From: the human T2T-CHM13v2.0 reference genome, Homo sapiens
Assembly: GCF_009914755.1 (NCBI RefSeq)
Contig: NC_060931.1
Length of the DNA: 64,000 bases
Strand: one strand, 5' to 3'
Of this stretch, positions 54,190 to 64,000 are shown piece after piece (position 1 is the stretch's first letter; every line of letters starts with the position of its first letter). Below the pieces are notes generated by a model. It was given only the letters and a program-made list of their open reading frames with translations, had not been told where the DNA came from and ran no database searches. A program made the translations under genes and the position numbers.

Positions 54190-54640
54190 AAAAAATTTTC
54201 AGCCTTTTTATCATAGAAAACTTTAAACAAATGCCTAAGTAGAAAAAAGTATGTGCATGAACCTGTAGGTAGGCACTACCAGCTTCATGTCTAGTCTTAC
54301 GGCATTTATAACCCCCCCTCCCTTTTCTGCCATGTTACTGTGAAGAAAACTCTCAGACATCACATCTTTCATCCATAAATATTTTAGCATGTATCTCAAG
54401 AAAAATGGACTTTTAAAAACCATAACTTAATACCATTATCACACCTAAACAAATTGAACTATAATTCTATGTAGTGTTCAAATTTTCCTGTTTGTATTAC
54501 AATTTTTTCCAGCTTGTTTGAATCAGGTTCAACATGTAATCTACAAGGCTGATATGTCTCTTAAATCTATTTGAATCTGTAGGTTTCCCTTTTATTTCCC
54601 TCTTGCTTTTTAAAAATTTCAATTTGTTTGTTGAAAATAT
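54190..54640 (-). mobile_element. L1MC4/5-like 3' fragment
   Basis: ATCCATAAATATTTTAGCATGTATCTC...AATACCATTATCACACCTAA. Confidence 0.65.
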
Positions 54641-54644
54641 GTGG

Positions 54645-54950
54645 GTATTAGGGAGAAATGATTAATTTGGTGTTGCTCATGGTGTGTGGATGGTGCCAGT
54701 CATGCACCCAAGTGGAGCTACTTAGAGAGCAGTTGATAACGTGGGTCAGCAGCTTAGGTCAAAGCAAATTATATTGATTTGGTAAATATTTGAACAGAGG
54801 TTTTTATTGAAGCCATTAGAGCAGTTAAGGTCACCAACTGAGAGACCACAGGGTGAAGAGTAGGTCAAGAGCTGAGCTGTGAGAGGAGAGCCAAGAATAG
54901 GCATGGCCAGAGCAAAGAGTGGGAACTGCTTCAGGAAAATGTCAGCAGTG
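54645..54950. mobile_element. L2 fragment
   Basis: CACCCAAGTGGAGCTAC..AGAGAGCAGTTGAT...TTGAAGCCAT. Confidence 0.5.
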
Positions 54951-57900
54951 CCAGTCTCGGTTTTTTCTTGTTGTTTTTTTATTCATGGAGAATGGGGTAT
55001 CTATACCCTCAAACATTTATCTTTTTAGTTAAAAACAATCCAATAACACTCTTAAAGTTACTTAACAATGTACAATTAAGTTATTATTGACTATTGTCAT
55101 CCTCTTATGCTATCAAATAGTAGGTCTTATTCATTCTACTTTTTGTACCCATTAACCATCCCCACCTCCCCCCCATACTCCCCACTACCTTTCCCAGCCT
55201 CTGGTAACCATCCTTCTATTCTCTGTCCATGAGTTCAATTGTTTTAATTTTTAGATCCCACAAATAATTGAGAACATGTGATATTTGTATTTCTGTGCCT
55301 GGCTTAATTCACTTAATGATCCCCAGTTTCATCTATGTTGTTGCAAATGACCGGATCTCATTCTTTTTTATGGCTGAATAGTACTCCATTGTTTATATGT
55401 ACCACGTTTTCTTTATCCTTTCATCTGTTGATGGACACTTAGGTTACTTCCAAATCTTAGCTATTGTGAACAGTGCTGACACAAATGGGAGTGCAGATAT
55501 CTCTTTGATATACTGATTTCCTTTCTTTTGGATATACACCAAGGAGTGGGATTGCTGGATCATATGGTAGCTCAATTTTTAGTTTTTTGAGGAACCTCCA
55601 AACTATTCTCCATAGTCGTTGTACTAATTTACATTTCCACTGACATTGTACAAGGGTTCCTTTTTCTTCACATCCTATCCAGCATTTGTTATTGCCTCTC
55701 TTTTGGATAAAAGCCATTTTAACCGGGGTGAAATGAAATCTTATTTTAGTTTTGATTTGCATGTCTCTGTGATCAGTGATGTTGAGCACCTTTCCATATG
55801 CCTGCTTGCCATTTATGTCTTCTTTTGAGAAATATCTATTCAAATCTTTTGCCCATGTTTTGATCAGATTATTAAATATTTTTTCCTGTAGAGTTGTTTG
55901 AGCTCTTTACATATTCTGGTTATTAATTCCTTGTCAGATGGGTAGTTTGCAAATATTTCTTGCATTCTGTGAGTTGTCTCCTCATTTTGTTGACTGTTTC
56001 CTTTGCTGTGCAGAAGCTTTTTAACTTGATGTGATCCCATTTGTCCATTTTTGCTTTGGTTGCCTGTGCTTGTGGGGTATTGCTCAAGAATTCTTTGCCC
56101 AGACCAGTGTCCTAGAGATTTTCCCCAATGTTTTCTTGTAGTAGTTTCATAGTTTGAGGTCTTAGATTTAAGTCTTTAATCCATTTTTATTAATATTTGT
56201 ATATGGTGAGAGATAGGGGTCTAGTTTCATTCTTCTGCATATGGATATCCAGTTTTCCTAGCATCATTCATGGAAGAGACTGTCTTTTCCCCAGCGTATG
56301 TTCTTGGCACCTTTTCAAAAATGAGTTCACTGTAGGTGTGTGGATTTGTTTCTGGGTTCTCTATTCTGTTCCATTGGCCTATGTGTCTGTTTTTATGCCA
56401 GTACAATGCTGTTTTGGTTACTGTAGCTCTGTAGTATAATTTGAAATCAGGTAACATGATTCCTCCAGTTTTGTTTATTTGCTGAGGATAGCTTTGGCTA
56501 TTCTGGGTCTTTTGTAGTTCTATATAAATTTTAGGATTGTTTTTTCCATTTCTGTGAAGACTGTCATTGGTATTTTGATAGTAATTGCATTGAATCTGTA
56601 GATTGCATTGGGTAGTATGGACATTTTAAAAATATTCATTCTTCCAATCCATTAACATGAAATATTTTTCCATTTTCTGGTATCCTCTTCAATTTTTTTC
56701 ATCACTGTTTCATAGAGCTCTTTCACTTCTTTGATTAATTCCCAGGTATTTAATTTTATGTGTGGCTACTGCAAATGGAGTTACTTTTTTTTCTTTTTCA
56801 CATTGTTCACTGTTGGCATATACAAATGCTACTGATTTTTGTATGTTGGTTTTGTATTCTGCAGTTTTACTGAATATATCAGTTCTAATAATTTTCTTGT
56901 GGAGTCTTTAGGTTTTTCCAAAAATAAGATCATATCATCTGCAAACAAGGATAATTTGACTTCTTCCTTTCCAGCTTGGATGCCTCTCTTGTCTGAGTGC
57001 TCTAGTTAGGACTTCCAGTGCTATGTTAAATAATAGTGGTGACAGTGGGCATCCATGTCATGTTGCAAATCTTAGAGGAAAGACTTTCAATTTTTCTCTA
57101 TTCAGTATGATATTATATGTGGGTCTGTTGTATATAGTTATTACGTTGAGGTATTTTCCTTCTATACTGTTTTTTTTGGGGGGGGAGAGGGGGATTTATC
57201 ATGAAGGAATGTTGAATTTTATCAAATGTTTTTTCAGCATCAATTGAAATGATCATATGGTTTTTATCCTTCATTCTGTTAATATGCTATAACACATTGA
57301 TTAATTTGCCTATGTTGAACCATCCTTGCTTCTCAGGGATAAATCCCTCTTGGTCATGATGAGTGATCTTTCTAATGTATTGTTGAATTCAGTTTTCTGG
57401 TATTTTGCTGAGAATTTTTGCATCAATATTCTTCAGAGATATTAGCCTATTCTTTTTTGACGTGTCTTTGTCTGGTTTTGGTATCAAGGTAATACTGGCC
57501 TTCTAGAGTGAGTTTGGAAGTATTTCTCCTACTCTATTTTTCTGAAAAATCATTTTTCAGAATAGTTTGAGTAGAATTGGTATTAATTCTCCATTAAATG
57601 TTTGGTAGAATTTAGCAGAGGAGCCATCAGGTCCTGGGCTTTTCTTTACTGGGAGACTTTTTATTATGGCTTCAATCATGTTACTTGTTATCAGTCTATT
57701 GAGGTTTTGGATTTCTTCTTGGTTCACTTTTCATAGGTTGTATGTATCTAGGAATTTGCCCATTTCTCCTGGAGTTTCCAATTTATTAGCATATAGTTGT
57801 GTATAGTACCCACTAATGATTCTTTGAACTTTTGCGATACCAGCTGTAATGTCTCATTTTTCATTTCTGATTTTATTTGTTTGTATCATCTCTCTTTTTT

Positions 57901-58793
57901 TCTTAATTAGTCTGGCTAAAAGTTTGTCAATTTTGTTAAACTTTTCAAAACATCTTTTTGTTTCATTGATCTTTTGTATTTTTTATTTCAATTTCATTTG
58001 TTTTTTCTCACATCTTTATTATTTATTTTTTTGTACTAATTTTAGGTTTGGTTTGCTCTTGCTTTTCTTGATCTTTAAGATGTATCGTTCGGTGTTCATT
58101 TGAAGTTTTTTTTCTGTTTTTTTAATGTAGGCACTTATAGCTATAAAATTCCCTCTTGGTACAGGTTTTACTGTATCCTGTAGATTTTGGTATGTTACGT
58201 TTCCATTATCATTTAAATGATAAATGAAAAGGAAATTTTTCAATTTCCTTTTTAATTCCTTCATTAACCCACTGGTTATTCTGGAGCATATTGTTTAATT
58301 TCCATGTATTTGTATAGTTTCCAAAAGCCTTCTGGTTATTGATTTCTAGTTTTATTCCATTGTGGTCAGAGAAGATGCTTGATATTATTTCAGGTTTTTT
58401 TTGAATGTTTTAAGACTTGTTTTCTGATCTAAATTATAGTCTATCTTTGAGAATGATCCATGTGCTGAGGAAAAGAATGTGTATTCTGCAGTTCTTGGAT
58501 GAAATGCTCTGTATATATCTATTAGATCCATTTGGTCTATAATGCAGATTTCATCTGATGTTTCTTTGTTGAATTTCTGTCTGGACGATCTTTCCAATGC
58601 TGAAAGTGGGGTGTTGAAGTCTCCAGCTATTATTGTATTGGGGTATCTCTTTTTATCTCTAATAATATTGTCTTTATGTATCTGGGTGCTCCAGCATTGG
58701 GTGGATATATATTTAAAACTGTTATATCCTCTTGCTTAATTGACCCCTTTATCATTATATAGTGACCTTCTTTGTCTCTTATAGTTTTTTTTT

Positions 58794-58929
58794 ATATGTG
58801 CTGAAATATGGATTTATTTATAACCTCATTAGAGACTAAATCATGGCAACACGTTACAGTTCAATATTTTTGTCTAAATTCTTGTTGAGCCACATCCATC
58901 TGTATATGTAATACTGAGTTGCCAACAGC
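58794..58929 (-). other. 3' transduced non-repeat segment carried by the SVA
   Basis: 136 bp between the SVA poly(A) (T22, 58930-58951) and a second A-tail (T9, 58785-58793), inside the TSD; AATAAA on the minus strand at 58813-58818. Confidence 0.85.
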
Positions 58930-60392
58930 TTTTTTTTTTTTTTTTTTTTTTAGTATTTATTGATCATTCTTGGGTGTTTCTCTAGGAGGGGGATTTGGCA
59001 GGGTCACAGGACAATAGTGGAGGGAAGGTCAGCAGATAAACAAGTGAACAAGGGTCTCTGGTTTTCCCAGGCAGAGGACCCTGCCGCCTTCCGCAGTGTT
59101 TGTGTCCCTCGATACTTGAGATTAGGGAGTGGTTGATGACTCTTAACGAGCATGCTGCCTTCAAGCATCTGTTTAACAAAGCACATCTTGCACCGCCCTT
59201 AATCCATTTAACCCTGAGTGGACACAGCTCATGTTGCAGAGAGCACGGGGTTGGGGGTAAGGTTATAGATTAAAGCATCCCAAGGCAGAAGAATTTTTCT
59301 TAGTACAGAACAAAATGGAATCTCCTATGTCTACTTCTTCTACACAGACACAGCAACAATCTGATTTCTCTATCTTTTCCCCACATTTCCCCCTTTTCTA
59401 TTCGACAAAACCACCATCATCATCATGGCCCATCCTCAATGAGTTGTTGGGTACACCTCCCAGACGGGGTGGTGGCCAGGCAGAGGGGCTCCTCACTTCC
59501 CAGAAGGGGCAGCTGGGCAGAGGCGCCCCCCACCTCCTGGACGGGGTGGCGGCCGGGCGGAGGCACCCCCCACCTCCCTCCCGGACAGGGCAGCTGGCCG
59601 GGCGGGGGCTGCCCCCTGCCTCCCTCCCGGATGGGGCGGCTGGCTGGGCGGGGGCTGCCCCCCGCCTCCCTCCCGGACAGGGCGGCTGCCGGGCGGAGGG
59701 GCTCCTCACTTCCCAGACGGGGCGGCAGGGCAGAGGCGCTCCCCACATCTCAGACTATGGGCGGCCGGGCAGAGACGCTCCTCACTTCCCAGACGGGATG
59801 GCGGTCGGGAAGAGGCGCTCCTCACTTCCCAGACTGGGCAGCCAGGCAGAGGGGCTCCTCACATCCCAGACGATGGGCAGCCAGGCGAGACGCTCTTCAC
59901 TTCCCAGACAGGGTGGTGGCCGGGCAGAGGCTGCAATCTCAGCACTTTGGGAGGCCAAGGCAGGCGGCTGGAAGGTGGAGGTTGTAGCCAGCCAAGATCA
60001 CGCCACTGCACTCCATCCTGGGCAACATTGAGCACTGAGTGAACGAGACTCCGTCTGCAATCCCGGCACCTCGAGAGGCCAAGGCTGGCAGATCACTCGC
60101 AGTTAGGAGCTGGAGACCAGCCCGGCCAACACAGCGAAACCCCGTCTCCACCAGAAAAATATGAAAACCAGTCAGACGTGGCAGCGCGCGCCTGCAATCC
60201 CAGGCACTGGGCAGGCTGAGGCAGGAGAATCCGGCAGGGAGGTTGCAGTGAGCGGAGATGGCGGCAGTACAGTCCAGCTTCCGCTTGGCATCAGAGGGAG
60301 ACCGTGGAGAGAGAGGGAGAGGGAGACCGTGGGAAGAGGGAGAGGGAGGGGGAGGAGGAGGGGAGGGGGGGTGAGGGAGAGGGAGAGGGAGA
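58930..60392 (-). mobile_element. Full-length SVA (SVA_B/C-like)
   Basis: CCCTCT hexamer region (about 60306-60392), Alu-like domain (about 59925-60300), GC-rich VNTR (about 59455-59925), SINE-R (58952 to about 59455), poly(A); TSD CTCTTA(T/C)AGTTTTT at 58776-58789 and 60393-60406. Confidence 0.96.
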
Positions 60393-61600
60393 CTCTTACA
60401 GTTTTTGTCTTAAAATCTATTTTGTTTGATATAAGTATATAGCTACCCTACTCTTTTTTGGTTTACATTGGCATGGAATACCTTTTTCCATCCCTTTATT
60501 TTCAGTCTGTGTTTGTTCTTATGGGTAAAGTGTGTTTCTTGTAGAAAACAGATCAATGAGTCTTGTTTTTTCATCCATTCAGCCTTTTGATTGGAGAGTT
60601 TAGTCCATTTAAATTCAATGTTATTATTAATAAGTAAGAATTTACTCCTGGCATTTTTCTGTTTGTTTTTCTGATTGTATTGTGGTCTTCTTTCTTTCTT
60701 TCATTCCTGTCTTGCTTTAGTGAAGGTGATTTTTTCTGATAATATGATTTAGTTTTTTGCTTTTAATTTTTGTGTATCTATTGTTATGTTTTTTGGTTTG
60801 AGGTTACCATGAGGCTTGCAAATACTATCTTACAACCAATTATTTAAACCTGATAACAACTTAACACTGTTCACATAAACAAACAAGTAAAAGGAAAACT
60901 TATAAAAACTCTGCCCTGAGCTTCATCCCAACCCCCCAGCTTTTTAACTATCTGTTTTTTTCTATTTATATCATATTGTACTATGTCTTGGAAAGTTGTA
61001 GTTATTATTTTTGATTGGTTCATTTTTTAGTCTTTCTACTTATGATAAGTTTACACACTACAGTTACAGTGTTATAATATTCTGTGTTTTTCTGTGTATT
61101 TACCATTACCAGTGAGTTTTGTAGTTTCAGGTGATTACTTATTGCTCATTAATGTCCTTTTCCTTCTGATTGGGGTACTCCCTTTAGCATTTCTTATAGG
61201 GCAGGTCTGATATTGATGAAATCCCCCAGCTTTTGTTTATCTGGGAAAATCTTTATTTCATCTTCATGTTTGAAGAATATTTTCACCAGATATACTATTC
61301 TAGGGTAAAGTTTTTTCCTTCAGCACTTTGAATACATCATGCTATTCTCTCCTGGCCTATAAATTTTCCACTGAAAAGTTTGTTGCCAGGCATATTGGAC
61401 CTTCATTATATATTACTTGTTTCTTTTCTCTTGCTGCTTTTACATGCAAGAGACCTTTGGGCGTTTGATTATTAAATGCCTTGAAGTAGTCTTTTTTGGG
61501 TTAAATCTGCTTGATGTAATATAACCTCCTTGTACTTGGATATTGATAACTTTCTTTGGGTTTGGGGAGTTCTCTGTTGTTATTCCTTTGAATAAACTTT

Positions 61601-61713
61601 CTCTTTTTTCTTTTTGAGACGGAGTCTTACTCTGTCGCCCAGGCAGGAGTGCAATGGCACAATCTTGGCTCACCACAACCTCCGCCTCCTGGGTTCAAGT
61701 GACTCTCCTGCCT
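61601..61713 (-). mobile_element. Alu right-arm fragment (AluSp/Sq-like)
   Basis: GAGACGGAGTCTTACTC...GTGCAATGGCAC...CTCACCACAACC, truncated at CTCCTGCCT. Confidence 0.85.
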
Positions 61714-61825
61714 GGCCATAGAAGCAAACACAAACATAGAGGAATTGGCTTTGGGCAGATGGAAGGACCTCAGAGAAAAGAAACAAAGGAAAGAAAACTG
61801 GATGGATAAAGGTACAAAGAAATTT

Positions 61826-62214
61826 GGAGTAGAGCTGAATTGCATCCCCCTCAAATTCATATGTTAAAATTCTGATCCTCAATACCTCAGAATGTGACTG
61901 TTTCTGAAGACAGGGCCTTTAAAGATGTAATTAAGGTAAAAAAGTCATATCGGTGGGCCCTAATACAACATTAAGGATGTCCCTATAAGAAGAGGAGATT
62001 AGAACACAGGCATGCACAGAGAGATGACATGTGGAGACACAAGGAAAAATGACCATCTCGTCAAGGTGAAAAGCCTTTTGAAGAAACCAACCCTGCCAAA
62101 GGTTAAAATTCCCTGTGGAATTTTAAGCTTCACAGATATGAGGAAGTAAATTTCTGTTGCTTAAACTGCCCAAGCTGTGGCACTTTGTTATGACAACCCT
62201 ATCAGACTAATACA
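61826..62214 (+). mobile_element. MLT1B-like LTR
   Basis: CTGAATTGCATCCCCCTCAAATTCATATGTT...TACCTCAGAATGTGACTG...AGACTAATACA. Confidence 0.85.
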
Positions 62215-64000
62215 AATACCCTCTTGTGAAAGTCACCTTCACCCTTCAGACATCAAAATATGGCTCCTACCATCAGTGGCCACTGCAGGAGCATAAGCAG
62301 TCATGACCTCAGGGGCCACTCTGGCGGAGAGCTTACCAAATTATCATTAGAGACTTTCAAATTTACCAGATTATTATCAAGCATTTTAGGGGGCATTGTT
62401 TAATCCTAACATGTAATCCCTAAAATCTAGCCATCTACCTTTTAATTTTCTTTCTGTGAACCTAATTCTTGAGGTTCACAGTTTTCCTCCACGTAGTCTC
62501 CTTACTCTCCTCAGGCTACACTTTTTTTTTTTTTGAAAGGATCATTTGATAAGGAATGAAAGCAAGATAGGGGAAGCATTTGGAGAATTGATTGCACTGC
62601 ACAAATGCATTGATATGCTGGCTTGGGCGAGGTGATTATGTGCATTTATCATTTGTGTGATTATCTTAAAAGGAGCTCTTAAATAAGATAAAATAATTTG
62701 CTGAACTTCAAAGGCAGGAATTAGGATTAGAGAAACTAAAAAGCAATGGATCTTGGTTGTGTTACCTTCTGTTGTTTCTCTTAAATGAAATTTGTCCTCT
62801 GGTCCATGGACACATTCCAGTTGAGACTGGTAACCAGACTGCAATAGGATCTTTATGGCTCCCTGTCGGACATATCATCAAATGTTTAATATGCATAACT
62901 ACTTCACTTTGGTGGCTTGTTCCCCTATACTTGCCTTACGCTGAAGACTTTAGTTGGTGACCACCCTTGAATGCCAGAAGCAGCAGGTTATTTATTGTTA
63001 AACATACACATACATGTATCGATTGGACTCTGACTACTTGGAAATTTAGAGATAAGACACTTTAAATACTAAGGGTACAAACAATACTGCAGGGACACAG
63101 AAGTTCTCTTCCTCTTGGTTGGTAAAGCAACTTGGAGAGTAGGGCGGACTCCCAGGTAAGGACCATCAAGTAGAGAAAACCTGGGAAGAGCTTGGCCTCG
63201 GAAAGCTGGGGACCCCATGGAAAAACAAACATTAGTCTAGCATGAGCATATCATGTCTTCTTGACTCCCAAGGTTACCCTAAGACAGCATGAAGATCTCT
63301 TGGTCAGACAGGGGTCTAGCAAAGCTCTGTGTCACCAGAGATATTTAAGCGTTTTCTTGACTAGTGAATCCCAAATCTTGTAAATTGTCTCACTCAGATT
63401 AGTTGCCTGCTAGATAAAGCAGAATATTATCCTCCAGATAGATATAAAGAGTAATGAATAGACAGACTGATACACCCCTTGGATATGGTTAGAGAAGCTG
63501 GGAATAATTTAGATTTGTATGTCCCCTGAGCAAACTCATTTTAAAAGGAGACAAAAACCAACTATTGCTTAACTCTGCTATTCTTCACATCTTTATGCTG
63601 TACTTGACTGACTCTGACTTTAGTTTATTGATATCATTTTGTTTTATTTTAAAAGGTTTGTAGAAATACTATTCACAGGAAGCAAATAGGAATTCCTTAT
63701 CGCTAAACAGACACTAAGTCAATTGGGTAAGTCATGGAAAAAATATGTGGGCAATATGGCATAGAGGAGGCCATGTTAGTCTAGCCAAAGTAACTTCACA
63801 TGGAATCAGGAGGAATGTGAATAGTGCTACCTCCTCACACCTTTCAACCTGACAGTCTGGCTATTCTATTTAGGCTGCCTCTGGTCATTGTGGGGGAAGG
63901 GCAAGACATGCTGAAAAGGGCGTGCCACAATTGATCTTTGGGTGTGAGACTCATTTCCTGGAGGGGTGATAGGCAGTAATACTAGCAGTAAAACAGTAAA

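Larger units (their letters stand above)
54961..61600 (-). mobile_element. L1MA1/2-like element, 5'-truncated within ORF1, interrupted by the SVA (pieces 54961-58789 and 60407-61600)
   Basis: 3'UTR GAATGGGGTATC...AAACAATCCAAT...TTATTATTGACTA; ORF2 remnants 55457-58597; reads through the SVA TSD. Confidence 0.9.

Noticed and set aside
59315-60031. 238-aa ORF and overlapping 107-182-aa ORFs
   Set aside because: They lie within the GC-rich SVA VNTR/Alu-like region, where stop codons are naturally rare; repetitive translation, not a gene
62542-62960. 100-aa and 67-aa ORFs in unique sequence
   Set aside because: Non-ATG starts, no recognisable domain; length expected by chance

Overview
This is hominid genomic DNA, most likely human: it contains a full-length SVA, which is great-ape specific, plus AluY and LTR7. 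It is AT-rich and dominated by transposable elements, roughly two-thirds by eye. I found no supportable host protein-coding exon, RNA gene or CRISPR array. The recognisable ORFs are broken L1 ORF1/ORF2 pieces or Alu/SVA-derived frames, and the rest look like noise. Main contents: three full-length but inactivated L1PA elements on the minus strand (one L1PA8-like, two L1PA7-like); two long older L1MA elements; a full-length SVA_B/C-like element carrying a 136-bp 3' transduction; a solo LTR7 (HERV-H); several MaLR/MLT2 LTRs; DNA-transposon fossils; about 14 Alus; and MIR/L2 relics. Best second-look items: the SVA transduction, an unexplained 64-bp-arm inverted repeat at 33.2-33.4 kb, an intact ORF0-like frame in one L1PA7, a triplicated target site shared by an Alu and an L1, a fold-back rearrangement inside a THE1D LTR, and a recurring set of snap-back/templated insertion scars. 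I cannot support a wholly new biological system from this sequence alone. Subfamily calls come from recalled consensus features and need RepeatMasker/Dfam confirmation.
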